Counted from the stretch's first letter, positions 9,175 to 19,698 are shown. The stretch is DNA of 60,750 bases from Patescibacteria group bacterium UBA7435 (GCA_002477545.1 DLQJ01000021.1:1-60750); one strand, 5' to 3'. Numbers and translations are program-made. Notes: generated from the letters alone by a model not told the origin.

Positions 9175-10182
9175 ATGGCAAAAAAAGGAATCATCAATAA
9201 TGTCGGAACTGACCCAAACAAAATTCTACCCATGAGCTACCCGTGGGCGCGTGAACACTACAAGTCTGGTGTAAACAATAACTGGGTACCTGAAGAAATT
9301 TCAATGCAGCTTGATATCGAGTTGTGGAAGAGGGAAGGAGAGGGTGCACTCTCACCCGAAGAACGACGCATGATTCTATGGAATCTAGGGTTCTTCTCAA
9401 CCGCAGAATCTTTGACTGCGAACAACTTGGTGTTGGCAGTATACAATCATGTAACCAATCCCGAGAGCCGTCAGTACCTCTTACGACAGGCATACGAAGA
9501 GGCAATCCACACTGATACGTTTATCTACTGCTGTGACTCACTCGGACTTGATCCTGATGAGATCTACAACATGTATGAGACAATACCTTCAATTAAAGCG
9601 AAAGATGATTTTGTTGTTGATTTCACGAAGTCAGTATACGATCCGAACTTTAAGACTGATACGCCTGAAAATATCCAAAAGTTCGTACATGACTTGATTG
9701 GATTTTACGTAATCATGGAAGGGATCTTCTTCTACGCCGGATTCGCGATGATTCTCTCTATGAAACGACAAAACAAGATGGTTGGTATCGGAGATCAGTT
9801 CCAGTACATCCTGCGTGATGAATCTGTGCACTTAGCATTTGGTCTTGATCTGATCCGAACTATTCGTGATGAGAACCCAGAAATCTGGACAGAGGAATTT
9901 GAGGCAGACATTCGAGATAAAATTAAAGTAGCGGTAGAACTTGAGAAGAATTATGTGGATGACGCAATGCCTAACGGATTCTTAGGACTTAATCCACAGA
10001 CGGTAAAGGACTATGTAGAACATATTGCGGATCGACGTCTCGAACGACTTGCTATGCCACTTGAGTACAACAAAGAATCACCATTCCCGTGGATGGCAGA
10101 GGTGATTGATGTGAGCAAGGAAAAGAACTTTTTTGAGACACAGGTTACTGAATACAAGAACTCAGGTAGTTTGGATTGGTGA
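9175..10182 (+). CDS. nrdB: Ribonucleotide reductase beta subunit, class Ic (R2c, Mn/Fe type) signature
   Basis: FFSTAES (Glu78), EEAIHTDTF (Phe116 at the radical-Tyr position), MEGIFFY, RDESVH, KNFFE. Confidence 0.93.
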   Translation: MAKKGIINNVGTDPNKILPMSYPWAREHYKSGVNNNWVPEEISMQLDIELWKREGEGALSPEERRMILWNLGFFSTAESLTANNLVLAVYNHVTNPESRQYLLRQAYEEAIHTDTFIYCCDSLGLDPDEIYNMYETIPSIKAKDDFVVDFTKSVYDPNFKTDTPENIQKFVHDLIGFYVIMEGIFFYAGFAMILSMKRQNKMVGIGDQFQYILRDESVHLAFGLDLIRTIRDENPEIWTEEFEADIRDKIKVAVELEKNYVDDAMPNGFLGLNPQTVKDYVEHIADRRLERLAMPLEYNKESPFPWMAEVIDVSKEKNFFETQVTEYKNSGSLDW

Positions 10183-10188
10183 ATGAGC

Positions 10189-10258
10189 AAAGGCTCGAAG
10201 ATCCTATTGCGAATTTATGTCCCGATTTGTCCCTGTCCTAGGACAAATCGCTGGACGA
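10189..10258 (+). repeat. Palindromic element family A, copy A1
   Basis: ctattgcgaatttatgtcc-cgatttgtcc-loop-ggacaaatcg-ctggacg. Confidence 0.8.
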
Positions 10259-10367
10259 ACAAAGTTAAACCCTGTACCAAGCTCGGTCTAGGGTTTTCTT
10301 GTGTTCCCTGGAGCAATTTAAGAGGAAATTATGCCATGTATCATTAGATTCTTGATTTTATCTAATA

Positions 10368-10396
10368 TAAAACGGCAGCCATGGCTGCCGTTTTTC
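10368..10396. terminator. Bidirectional intrinsic terminator
   Basis: aaaacggcagcc-at-ggctgccgttttt. Confidence 0.7.
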
Positions 10397-10407
10397 TATC
10401 GGTGTGG

Positions 10408-10674
10408 TTAGGTCGTAGAATAAATAAAATCAACTTTGTTTATTTTCTCACGCATTAGATAAATTACCTGTTCCCACATACTGCAGTATTCAAAAAATGA
10501 AGACCGTGTCGAACGAAGTTCTCTCCGTGCTTCACCAAGTGACTGGTCGTGAATGATTAGATCATTTGAATGAGTTGTGTAACTATTTTCACCTTTCACA
10601 AACTTTAAGCCATGAAAATGTGCTGCAGCAGCAAGATATTTTTTTTCAGCAACATCTCTTTTCGTTGTGCGCAT
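10408..10674 (-). CDS. Hypothetical protein
   Basis: 88-aa ORF with GAGGAGG upstream and a terminator downstream. Confidence 0.55.
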   Translation of the reverse strand: MRTTKRDVAEKKYLAAAAHFHGLKFVKGENSYTTHSNDLIIHDQSLGEARRELRSTRSSFFEYCSMWEQVIYLMREKINKVDFIYSTT

Positions 10675-10751
10675 CGTGTCTTCCTCCTCTAGGACGATTT
10701 AAGTTATTTGTACAATACCCCAAAAAACGGAAATTTGCTATGATATAACCT

Positions 10752-11684
10752 ATGCGAAGTACCCTTACCATTATTCTCTTTATAACGATCCTCTTTGGGG
10801 GAGGATATTTCTATTACATTGCTGAGGCGATTTGTCCTGCGCCTCTCCCGTATGCTATTGGTAGTATCGATGATTCGTTTGATCTCTCAATTGATGAGGC
10901 ACGTTTGGCGATCTCTGAAGCGGAGAGTGTGTGGGAGGATGCTACGGGGCAGAATTTATTTACCTATGACCCTGCGGCGAAGTTTACGATCAACTTTGTA
11001 TATGACGAACGACAACAGCTAACTGACGCAGAAGGGAATTTCAAAGAGCGACTTGACCATACCGAAAGTGTGAGTGACGGGATTAGTGAAACGTATGAGC
11101 AATTAGTTGCCACTTATAATGATCTACAAATTAGCTACGGGGACAATGTTGAAAAATATGAACGAAACCTTGCTGCGTACAATACACAGGTCCAGCAATA
11201 TAATGAAGAGGGAGGGGCACCTGCGAATGTGTACGAAGTACTGCAGGAACGTAAAGAAGATCTTGATGTGGAGCAAAATGAGCTTAACGGACTGTCTAAG
11301 CAACTTAATACGTTAGTTGAAGAGATTAATGCTATTGGAGAGCAGGGCAATCGTCTGATTGAGACTTACAACCGTGGTGTTGCTGAATACAATAGTTCAT
11401 TTGGAGACCATCGTGAGTTTACACAAGGAACATACAGCAGTGAAGGACGCATTGATATCTATGCATTTGCAGATGATCAAGAGCTTAGGACGGTGTTGGC
11501 TCATGAGCTTGGGCACGCGTTATCACTTGATCATGTGGCGAATGAATCATCAATCATGTATTTCCTTATTGGAGAGCAGGACGATCCTTTGGAGCTCACG
11601 CAAAACGATATAGAAGAATTTGTACGTGTTTGCAGTAATACCGGCGTGTGGGATACAATAATGCAAAGAGTCTTTAATACATAA
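10752..11684 (+). CDS. Matrixin-family (metzincin) zinc metalloprotease with coiled-coil insert
   Basis: N-terminal TM; HELGHALSLDH and the SSIM Met-turn. Confidence 0.88.
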   Translation: MRSTLTIILFITILFGGGYFYYIAEAICPAPLPYAIGSIDDSFDLSIDEARLAISEAESVWEDATGQNLFTYDPAAKFTINFVYDERQQLTDAEGNFKERLDHTESVSDGISETYEQLVATYNDLQISYGDNVEKYERNLAAYNTQVQQYNEEGGAPANVYEVLQERKEDLDVEQNELNGLSKQLNTLVEEINAIGEQGNRLIETYNRGVAEYNSSFGDHREFTQGTYSSEGRIDIYAFADDQELRTVLAHELGHALSLDHVANESSIMYFLIGEQDDPLELTQNDIEEFVRVCSNTGVWDTIMQRVFNT

Positions 11685-11694
11685 TTTAATTATC

Positions 11695-12492
11695 ATGGAA
11701 TCACAATCATTTATGAGTAAGGGGTACGTGCAGATGCTGATGGCACTGATACTTATTGGTGTTATTGCAAGTTTAGCTGCATACACACACCTGACACTTA
11801 AAGAATCAAAAGGAATTTTTACTGGAGAAACAACTATTTCAGTTTCTGGGGAAGGCGAAGTGCTCGCAAAGCCAGACATTGGACAATTCTCGTTTTCAGT
11901 ACGAGCTGAGGGAGCTGACGCGGTAGAAGCGCAAGAAAATTCTGCTGAAGCAATTAATGCCATCATTGCATACTTAGAGGGAGCTGATGTTGATGAGAAA
12001 GATATTAAGACTCAAAACTACAACTTGAATCCTAAGTACACATACGAAGAACGTGCGTGTGCTTTTGACGGATACTGTCCTCCAGGGGAGCGTGTGATTG
12101 ACGGATATGAAGTATTTCAAAACGTATCGGTAAAGGTTCGTGATCTTGATAATGCAGGAACGCTGATTTCTAATGTAGGAGAGCGAGGAGCGACAAACAT
12201 TTCAAGTCTGCAGTTTACTATCGATGATGAGTCAGCACTTGAAGCACAAGCACGTGAAGAAGCTATTGCTGATGCGAAAGCTAAAGCACAAGTACTTGCG
12301 GACGACCTTGGACTGAAGCTTGATAAGATTGTTGGATTCTATGAAAATGGTGGTGGGGAAGTATACAAATACGAACGAGCAACTATGGCTATGGATGCTT
12401 CGGAAGATTCGTTTGGGGGTGTTGCTCCATCGTTGCCAACGGGTGAGAATGAGATTCGGAGTAATGTGACTATCACTTACCAGCTCAAATAG
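11695..12492 (+). CDS. SIMPL (DUF541) domain protein
   Basis: ISVSGEGEV.AKPD, IKTQNYNLNP.Y, AREEAIADAKAKA, GENEI...VTITY. Confidence 0.9.
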   Translation: MESQSFMSKGYVQMLMALILIGVIASLAAYTHLTLKESKGIFTGETTISVSGEGEVLAKPDIGQFSFSVRAEGADAVEAQENSAEAINAIIAYLEGADVDEKDIKTQNYNLNPKYTYEERACAFDGYCPPGERVIDGYEVFQNVSVKVRDLDNAGTLISNVGERGATNISSLQFTIDDESALEAQAREEAIADAKAKAQVLADDLGLKLDKIVGFYENGGGEVYKYERATMAMDASEDSFGGVAPSLPTGENEIRSNVTITYQLK

Positions 12493-12852
12493 CGTTAGTG
12501 CGTAGTACAAGAAAACGGTCCCCACGGGACCGTTTTCTTGTATGGACTTTTTTGGATACTGTGCTATTTTATTCAGTCAGTTCTTTTAGTGGGGTACAGA
12601 TATTGTCTAGCGACATTGAAAACGATAAAAAACAAACACCAGCAGGTTGTGAATTAACCAGACCAACTGGTCCACGTATTCAAGGAATTACTGTGAGATG
12701 GTCTTGAATATATAAAACCATGAAGCCATGCATACCTTGCGTGGCTTTACTTTATATAAAACAGGAGTACAATATGAGAAATCACCTACGAGGTGTTTTT
12801 TTATAGGCCACATACTAGGAGTTAAACACTGCTAGTTAACCACTAAATTATT

Positions 12853-13035
12853 ATGAGTCGCATTGGAAACTATTTCCGTGATACTGCATCAGAAATGAAG
12901 CATGTAAAATGGCCAACACAAAAGCAGGCGTTTGTATATACAGCACTGGTTATCGGTATCTGCGCTATTGCAGCGGTATTCCTTGGCGTGTTTGACTTTG
13001 TCTTCACACAAGTTTTAAACACAGTTGTTGGGTAA
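12853..13035 (+). CDS. secE: Preprotein translocase subunit SecE
   Basis: EMKHVKWPT motif plus one TM; upstream of nusG. Confidence 0.93.
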   Translation: MSRIGNYFRDTASEMKHVKWPTQKQAFVYTALVIGICAIAAVFLGVFDFVFTQVLNTVVG

Positions 13036-13079
13036 TTATCCGTACTAATGGCTAAAGACTACTAGCTACTAACTAATAT

Positions 13080-13625
13080 ATGGCAAAACAAGAAACAGAT
13101 GGAGAACGACATTGGTACGCGATTCATACCTACTCAGGATATGAAAACGCCGTAGCACGTAACCTTAAACAACGTATCGACTCTCTTGGTATGGAGACAC
13201 AGATTTTTGATGTGGTTGTACCAACTGAAAAGAAGGTGCGAGTAAAAGGTGGGAAGCGTGTGACCGAAGAAGAAAAAATGTACCCTGGATATGTACTGGT
13301 GGATATGATTGTAAACGACGAATCATGGTACATTGTACGAAATACACCTCGTGTTACTGGATTTGTGGGAAGTGGAACACAACCAGTACCTCTTTCGCAA
13401 ACTGAATATGAAGCGCTTATGAAACTCATGAGTGATGAGACCGTTAAGCATAAAGTTGATCTTGCACCTGACGATATGGTTATGATCACTGATGGTCCAT
13501 TTAAGGAACTAGAAGGGAAGGTAGGAGAGGTAGACGAAGCAACAGGAAAAGTGAAGGTTTTGGTGAGTATGTTTGGTCGGGAAACACCCGTAGAACTAGA
13601 CTTCCTCCAAATCGCAAAAATTTAA
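13080..13625 (+). CDS. nusG: Transcription termination/antitermination factor NusG
   Basis: WYAIHTYSGYE, YPGYVLV, VRNTPRVTGFVG, KOW domain, FGRETPVEL. Confidence 0.97.
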   Translation: MAKQETDGERHWYAIHTYSGYENAVARNLKQRIDSLGMETQIFDVVVPTEKKVRVKGGKRVTEEEKMYPGYVLVDMIVNDESWYIVRNTPRVTGFVGSGTQPVPLSQTEYEALMKLMSDETVKHKVDLAPDDMVMITDGPFKELEGKVGEVDEATGKVKVLVSMFGRETPVELDFLQIAKI

Positions 13626-13740
13626 TTTCAGCGCACTTACTTCGTTGTGCGACGATAAAATAATTGTCACCGTGGGTTGACCACGTCTCCAATTATTTTT
13701 CTTGCACGCCTTGTATCTACATCAAAATTAAACTTTTGAG
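13613..13740. repeat. Palindromic element family C, copy C1
   Basis: tacttcgttg...nested stems...gccttgta core; outer arm mirrors the nusG 3' end. Confidence 0.8.
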
Positions 13741-13912
13741 TAACAGGGATTACATAAATAAAACTCGGCTTCCTGTCGGGCTTTATTTATAGAGATTTAG
13801 TCCTTCAGGGCTTGCAATATACGACTGAAAACAGTACTATAGCGACGCTTCTGATGAGTGGGGCTGTCTATGGAACGGACCTGCTCTCTACAAAATTTTA
13901 AATTTATACAAC

Positions 13913-14335
13913 ATGGCAAAAGCTATCATTAAAGTAATCAAAGTACAGGCAATTGGAGGGAAGGCTACGCCAGCACCTCCTTTAGGACCAGTACTCGGAC
14001 AAGCTGGAGTTGCAATTGGGGAATTCGTGAACCAATTCAACGATCAGACACGTGAACGAATGGGGGAAATCGTACCTACTGTAATTACGGTATACGATGA
14101 CCGAACATTTTCATTTGTGTGTAAGACTACACCAGCGTCACGAATGATTCTTAAAGCAATCGGAAAAGATAAAGGTTCTGGAAAGAACACTGTATCTAAG
14201 GTTGGAGACATCACTCAGGCTCAGATCAAAGAAATCGCTGAGGCAAAGATGGTTGATCTTAACGCAGCTTCAATCGAAGCAGCAATGAAGATCATCGAAG
14301 GAACATGTCGTTCGATGGGGGTGAATGTAAAATAA
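13913..14335 (+). CDS. rplK: 50S ribosomal protein L11
   Basis: ATPAPPLGPVLGQAG, FN..T, GTCRSMGV. Confidence 0.97.
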   Translation: MAKAIIKVIKVQAIGGKATPAPPLGPVLGQAGVAIGEFVNQFNDQTRERMGEIVPTVITVYDDRTFSFVCKTTPASRMILKAIGKDKGSGKNTVSKVGDITQAQIKEIAEAKMVDLNAASIEAAMKIIEGTCRSMGVNVK

Positions 14336-14350
14336 TTTACATGTTATTAA

Positions 14351-14391
14351 AGAATAGAGCCAGCTGTCATCTGACAGCTGGCTCTATTCTT
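14351..14391. terminator. Intrinsic terminator after rplK
   Basis: agaatagagccagctgtca-tc-tgacagctggctctattct. Confidence 0.75.
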
Positions 14392-14511
14392 TACTCTACT
14401 GAAAATCTTCAGTAGTAAAAGTTTTTAAATTAAAAATCAGACAAAGAAAAACGCTCCGAAGTTTTGGAGCGTTTTTATTGTCTTCGAAGGTTGTTACAAA
14501 TAATAACTCGT

Positions 14512-14988
14512 TCATTTTTCTTTCTCTCGATATGCACGAGAGCGTAGTCTGTACATGTGAAACAAGAAGTCATTTGTAGTGAGGACGGTCCGGTACTGAT
14601 ATGTTTTACCAATAGAGTGTTGTAAATCTTCATGCTCTGTAGCAAGCAGGTCCGTAAGTAGCGTAGAGCCGTTTGCGTTTGCTGCAGCATCGAATAAATT
14701 GCTGACCATTTGATTGTACTCTGGTGTACCTCTTTTGTACTGCTGACCTTGCCAGTGCATCAGTCGATCTTTTTTCCACTCGTAGATTTGCCCAGATTGC
14801 TGAGCTTCTTTTCCATAGAGTAGACACATTTCCTTCTGCTTCTCTGGATCAGGGCATTTGAATGCCTGCAGTACTCCTTCAATGGAACTGCATGCAACTC
14901 CCTTAAAAATAAAGTGACGTTCTTGTAGATTGCTCAGCCGAGCAAATCTTGGATCTTTTGAGTTACTGATGATTTCAGGCATAAGCAC
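14512..14988 (-). CDS. NADAR-family protein (phage T4 gp30.3-like)
   Basis: LSNL...F.FKGV.CSSIEGVLQAFK, LMHWQG..Y.R, LLAT....L.HSIG, TVLT. Confidence 0.7.
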   Translation of the reverse strand: MLMPEIISNSKDPRFARLSNLQERHFIFKGVACSSIEGVLQAFKCPDPEKQKEMCLLYGKEAQQSGQIYEWKKDRLMHWQGQQYKRGTPEYNQMVSNLFDAAANANGSTLLTDLLATEHEDLQHSIGKTYQYRTVLTTNDFLFHMYRLRSRAYREKEK

Positions 14989-15063
14989 CCCCTTTCTTTT
15001 CTGGGGTTACTATGCCTTTTTACATACCTAATTACAAGTGTTGCAGAATTCCAGCACCTTTTC

Positions 15064-15585
15064 TTATTCCTTACGTTCAAAGTCTACCCATTGATATCGT
15101 AATCCGTTATGTTCAGAGATGGGATACTCAGTAACCATTTCAAATTGATCTTTAAAAACAGGGAAGTGCGTGTCGCCCTCTTTATCGTCGTAGAAAAAGG
15201 TGAGATGTAATCGGGACACGTAAGGAAGAACCTGTTTGTATATTTCGGAACCTCCTCCTATGTGTATCTCTTCAGGGTCTTCATTTTGTGCTGTAGCAAG
15301 TGCATCTTCTAATGAATGCGTCACCGTTACGCCATCATGCACATACGTTGTGTCACGAGTAATAACAATGTTAGTTCGTCCAGGTAATGGCTTGCCGAGT
15401 ATCTCAAGAATAGATTCAAATGTCTTTCGGCCCATAATAATTGGGTGTCCAAACGAGAGTTTTTTAAAACGCTTCATGTCTTCAGGAACGTGCCATAAAA
15501 GGCCATTTTCCATACCAATCGCACGAGTGTCTTTGCCCATGCCTGCGACTATTACAATAGGAGTTTTCTGATCTATGTTTTGCAT
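15064..15585 (-). CDS. folA: Dihydrofolate reductase
   Basis: AIG..NGLLW.VPEDM..FK, IMGRKTFESI, PLPGRTNIV, IGGGSEIY, GDTHFP; the start could be 15591. Confidence 0.95.
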   Translation of the reverse strand: MQNIDQKTPIVIVAGMGKDTRAIGMENGLLWHVPEDMKRFKKLSFGHPIIMGRKTFESILEILGKPLPGRTNIVITRDTTYVHDGVTVTHSLEDALATAQNEDPEEIHIGGGSEIYKQVLPYVSRLHLTFFYDDKEGDTHFPVFKDQFEMVTEYPISEHNGLRYQWVDFERKE

Positions 15586-15657
15586 GTGCATATTATGTCA
15601 TAGAGCTCTTTTGCTGTCCCTTGTGTGTACGTAAGTACAAGGTATACTTTGGGTATT

Positions 15658-16263
15658 ATGACTCTTGAAGAACGATTGCAGGCGATCTTACAACCCTCAG
15701 TAGACACGCACGCACGATACTATACTGACTTTGAGGAACTTAAGGACGTAACTGAAGCGATACGCGCAGAAGGACGAAGGATCGTCCTTACCCAAGGTGT
15801 GTATGATTTGTTACATATCGGACATGCACAATATTTAGCAAAAGCTAAGGAAGAAGGGGATGTGCTTATTGTGGGTGTTGATTCTGACGCTTTGACACGA
15901 CAGCGTAAGGGTGACGGACGTCCAGTGGTACCAGAAGGCGAACGAACGAACATGATCCTTCACCTACGTGATGTTGATATGGTGGTCCTACGTGATGTTG
16001 ATAAAGAACTTGAGGCACTTATTCAGACCATTAAGCCTGATGTGTATATCGCTTCTACTTCAACCAAAGACTTCACTGTTAGTCCTGAACTTGCAGAGCA
16101 TTGCGGTGAGGTTCGAACACTGCCTCCGCAGGCAACGACCTCTACATCAGCGCGCGTACAACAAGTGAGTATGCTTGGAGCTGACGAACTTGCAGCGGAA
16201 CTGGCAAAACAAATGCCGCAAGTAGTACACGCCATGCTTGATCAGATTAAGAACAAAAAATAA
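15658..16263 (+). CDS. Cytidylyltransferase/adenylyltransferase family protein (RfaE/TagD-like)
   Basis: GVYDLLHIGH, GDVLIVGVDSD, RKG..RP, terminal STS motif. Confidence 0.85.
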   Translation: MTLEERLQAILQPSVDTHARYYTDFEELKDVTEAIRAEGRRIVLTQGVYDLLHIGHAQYLAKAKEEGDVLIVGVDSDALTRQRKGDGRPVVPEGERTNMILHLRDVDMVVLRDVDKELEALIQTIKPDVYIASTSTKDFTVSPELAEHCGEVRTLPPQATTSTSARVQQVSMLGADELAAELAKQMPQVVHAMLDQIKNKK

Positions 16264-17096
16264 TGAACGTTCTCTTTGCGTACATTCCCGTGGTGCATAA
16301 GCAAGTACTCGCATTTTTACGTGAGCATGAAGGCATCCCAATTTGGCTTTTAGATAATGAAAAGGGGAAAGAAGAGAATGTGTATCTTGAGCGTGATGCA
16401 CGGGCGCTTGGAGCGGAAGACATTAAAAAAGAATTAGAAGCGCATGGATTTTCTGATGTGACGGTTGTTGATCCTGTTGATTTAGACGAACTTACAAAAG
16501 AAGTTGGAACGATCGTCATTCCCGAAGATGAGATCATTCGTTTCTTTCTTGAGAAATACGCGCCGGAGGCGAAGACTGAAGCACAAAATATTTTCATACG
16601 ATGGACACAGAAACTTTCTACCACTGAGTTTGAAGTGCCTGAAGGACGAACTGTTACAGAAGAAGACTTTGCTCAGCAGATGATCACTGATCTAGAAAAC
16701 GAAGCACAAAAAAGCCCTGATTGGTGGAGACAAATTGCATCGGCGATTGTTATAGAAGGGAAGGTTGTTGCAACGGCACATAATAAGCATTATCCAACTG
16801 CGCACTCGCTGTCAGTTAACGGTGACCCACGATCTAATCTCGATGCAGGACAAGGTCCAGGAATTTATACATCAATCCACTCAGAAGCATCTGTTATCGC
16901 GCAGTGCGCAAAGATGGGTATTGCAACTGAAGGCGCTGATATTTTTGTAACAACATTTCCATGTCCAACCTGCGCTCGGTCACTTGTTGAAGCAGGTTTC
17001 GCACGTGTGTACTACAAAAAAGGATACTCGCTGCTTGATGCAGAGAATATCCTTAGTGACGCTGGAATTGAAATTATTTTAGTTTCCGAGAGTTAG
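16263..17096 (+). CDS. dCMP deaminase-family protein with an extra N-terminal domain
   Basis: HSE...TTFPCPTCA zinc motif in the C-terminal half; TAATG coupling to the upstream gene. Confidence 0.85.
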   Translation: MNVLFAYIPVVHKQVLAFLREHEGIPIWLLDNEKGKEENVYLERDARALGAEDIKKELEAHGFSDVTVVDPVDLDELTKEVGTIVIPEDEIIRFFLEKYAPEAKTEAQNIFIRWTQKLSTTEFEVPEGRTVTEEDFAQQMITDLENEAQKSPDWWRQIASAIVIEGKVVATAHNKHYPTAHSLSVNGDPRSNLDAGQGPGIYTSIHSEASVIAQCAKMGIATEGADIFVTTFPCPTCARSLVEAGFARVYYKKGYSLLDAENILSDAGIEIILVSES

Positions 17097-17530
17097 CCTA
17101 CTCGAGTGATCACTGCTTTATCAGGGTCACTCCCTACAATAAACTGTGCATGGAGATGGAGAACGGTTGATCCGGTTTTAGTCATGTCTCCCGAACGCAT
17201 GAGAAGTGTCCCTCCCTCAATCTCATGTTCTTCCATGATCCAGTTCATATGTTCTTGTAGTTCAGCCCATGCTTCGCTGGTAAGCTCCTTTGAGTCAGCG
17301 ATGTGTTCGTTGGTGACGATAAGGAAATGATGGGCCGTATTGTCATACGGATACATATTGGGCGTCACGTACCAATGTGCTCCTGTTTTCACAATAGGGG
17401 GGGTATGGTGCTTTTTCATATGCTCAGGACAGAACGGACAAAAACCGCCTTCAGCAATTTTTTTCATATTTTCTCGCTGTAAAGGTTTTCGAGCGTAATC
17501 AATGTTCATCAAATCAGGTTTGTCAGTCAT
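17093..17530 (-). CDS. HIT-family nucleotide hydrolase/transferase
   Basis: CPFC, N.YPY...H.L, HLHAQ (HxHxQ). Confidence 0.82.
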   Translation of the reverse strand: MTDKPDLMNIDYARKPLQRENMKKIAEGGFCPFCPEHMKKHHTPPIVKTGAHWYVTPNMYPYDNTAHHFLIVTNEHIADSKELTSEAWAELQEHMNWIMEEHEIEGGTLLMRSGDMTKTGSTVLHLHAQFIVGSDPDKAVITRVG

Positions 17531-17533
17531 GGT

Positions 17534-18427
17534 TTATACAGGTGTTGGAATAAGCATCTTTGCGTGTGGTTCATAATCGTCACCAAGTACGAAATGTTCT
17601 GGACGGAAGTCAGTGATCTTCGTGATACCTTCCGCTTCTAGTTTCATGGTTGGTAGCTTGCGTGGTTCACGGGCAAGCAACTCCTCAACCTTTTCAAATT
17701 GGTTTTCGTAAATATGTGCGTCAGATAGAGTATGTACATATTCAACCATTTCGTATCCCGTAAGGTGCGCAAGCATCATACCAAATGCCGCATACTGCAC
17801 CATGTTGAATGGAAGTCCAACCGGCGAGTCAGCGCTTCTTTGGAAGTGATGTACTGCCAACTCTTTTGTCTCAGGAAAGCACAGTACATGAATCCATCCA
17901 TGACAGGGTGCTACGACGGTACTGCGTTGCAGATCATCGTGTTGGATTACGTATTGTGGAATCCATGGAGAGATGATGTGTGTTCGTAGGTAGGGTCGTT
18001 CTTTTATCTGCTTCACTACGTGTTCGATCTGGTTAAACGGTGCTCCCTCAGCTGTGGGGAAGTTCGTCCATGCAGCCCCATACGAACCATTACCAAGGTC
18101 ACCTTCAGGAAGACCGAAGATTTCACACTTCTCTTTGGTAATCCAACGTTCCCAGAACTTGCAACCAAATGATTCAAGTTGTTCTTGCGTGCGTGCACCA
18201 TTAAGAAATGCGATGTGCTCACCAAGTGCAGCTTTGAGAAACGGTCCTGACATATCTCGCTCAGTGATCAACGGAAAACCATTACGCATATCAAAACGCA
18301 TTTGATGACCCATAACCATCTTGCTCATACCTCCTTGAATAGGGTGTACCTCGCGTCCTGTTTCAAGGATGCGACGTAATAGTTCTTGGTATTGTGTGTC
18401 TACAGTACGATCTGCGTATGGTTTCAT
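17534..18427 (-). CDS. thyA: Thymidylate synthase (divergent)
   Basis: GFPL.T, PCH catalytic Cys, QRSAD, GLPFN, DAHIYENQ. Confidence 0.92.
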   Translation of the reverse strand: MKPYADRTVDTQYQELLRRILETGREVHPIQGGMSKMVMGHQMRFDMRNGFPLITERDMSGPFLKAALGEHIAFLNGARTQEQLESFGCKFWERWITKEKCEIFGLPEGDLGNGSYGAAWTNFPTAEGAPFNQIEHVVKQIKERPYLRTHIISPWIPQYVIQHDDLQRSTVVAPCHGWIHVLCFPETKELAVHHFQRSADSPVGLPFNMVQYAAFGMMLAHLTGYEMVEYVHTLSDAHIYENQFEKVEELLAREPRKLPTMKLEAEGITKITDFRPEHFVLGDDYEPHAKMLIPTPV

Positions 18428-18548
18428 AGGAATAGTAATTAGCCGAATATCTCACTATGATATCGCATCTACACAGGTTCGGTAGTGGAAAAGAAATTAC
18501 ACAATAGAAATAGAAAAAGGAGCAAGCGATTGCCTGCTCCTTTTTGAC

Positions 18549-19046
18549 TTAGTGTATGAAATGAACACGTACGTTTTGGTGTCCTGCAGTAGCATCTACA
18601 AGTTCCTGACACAAATTGTTAGGAATTCGTATGCAACTACGTGAACGCCGTAGTCCAAGATCTTTTTCTTTTGCGTTGCCGTGGATACGGACATACGGAA
18701 GGATCTTGTGTGCAATATCAAAGTTGATCGATATTTTACAGTGACCCATGGCATTACCTTTTTCGTAGCCCTTATAGCTTTGTTTGTAGTAACGAGGCTT
18801 GTCACGATGCATATTTGCCGTCGGAGTCCATTTGGGCCCCATTTCAGAACGCGTTACTGTCCCTTGCACTGGTACCGGGTAATAATTTCCCCTAGGAAGC
18901 ACTACCGCTGTTTGCATCACAGTCTGAGCACCGTCAGTAACGGTAAGTGTTGCAGTACTGAAATTGACCACAACAATGCGTTCTGCGTATGCACCTGTCG
19001 GAAGTAATCCCATAAAAAATACGCACATCGATATAAGATGTTTCAT
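18549..19046 (-). CDS. L,D-transpeptidase (YkuD) family protein
   Basis: Signal peptide; P.WTPT, RIHGN....LG...SRSCIRI; the start could be upstream at 19076. Confidence 0.75.
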   Translation of the reverse strand: MKHLISMCVFFMGLLPTGAYAERIVVVNFSTATLTVTDGAQTVMQTAVVLPRGNYYPVPVQGTVTRSEMGPKWTPTANMHRDKPRYYKQSYKGYEKGNAMGHCKISINFDIAHKILPYVRIHGNAKEKDLGLRRSRSCIRIPNNLCQELVDATAGHQNVRVHFIH

Positions 19047-19152
19047 TGCCTTCTCCTTCATTTGCTCCAAAATCACAGTAACATGGGTAATATAAATTAC
19101 AAGAAACTAGATAAAGGAAAAGGGCGGATTAAGTATCCGCCCTTTTACGTCG

Positions 19153-19698
19153 TTAAATTTCATCAGGAACTTCACCATTTTCATATCGAATGGAGTATCT
19201 CTTTGTTCGACGGCGGTCAGCATATTCCTCAGCTTTGGTTTTCTGGATTGGAATCCAGACTTTACGTTTCTTACCCCTTGCTGATTTATCGGGAACCCAT
19301 ATGTTCCAATGTAAATGAGGCATAGTGCCAGTGTTGTGGTCCATTGGACCAAAACGTAGAAATAATGCACCCCCTGGGATATCAAATTCTTTACACGCCC
19401 AGGTCAGCATCTCACCAAACGGCTCCCATGCATCAGGGGGGATATCAGTAATATGACGCCAGTGATTTAAGGGGGTGATCATAAGCATTACTTTGCAACC
19501 ACGTTTTCCAGCAACGGCATTTTTCTGGATCCTCCAATATTTATTTCTGAATATTGTTTTGTTGATTTTTTCGTCAATCATACAAAATCCGCATACTCCT
19601 GTCTCAAATGACTTTCTCAATAGGTAATAATACCGATACAGAAAAGGGAGAGTGAGGATATATTTTTGTTCGGTAGTCAGCTTGTGTTTTTTACACAT
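19153..19698 (-). CDS. Second HIT-like protein
   Basis: CGFC, P..H..HI, G.L..RFG...TMPHLHWN; GAGGAG SD before ATG 19698. Confidence 0.7.
   Translation of the reverse strand: MCKKHKLTTEQKYILTLPFLYRYYYLLRKSFETGVCGFCMIDEKINKTIFRNKYWRIQKNAVAGKRGCKVMLMITPLNHWRHITDIPPDAWEPFGEMLTWACKEFDIPGGALFLRFGPMDHNTGTMPHLHWNIWVPDKSARGKKRKVWIPIQKTKAEEYADRRRTKRYSIRYENGEVPDEI

Noticed and set aside
17534-18427. ThyA as a phage-type dCMP hydroxymethylase
   Set aside because: It retains Asn in PFN (dUMP specificity) and sits with folA and glyA, which fits reductive methylation.
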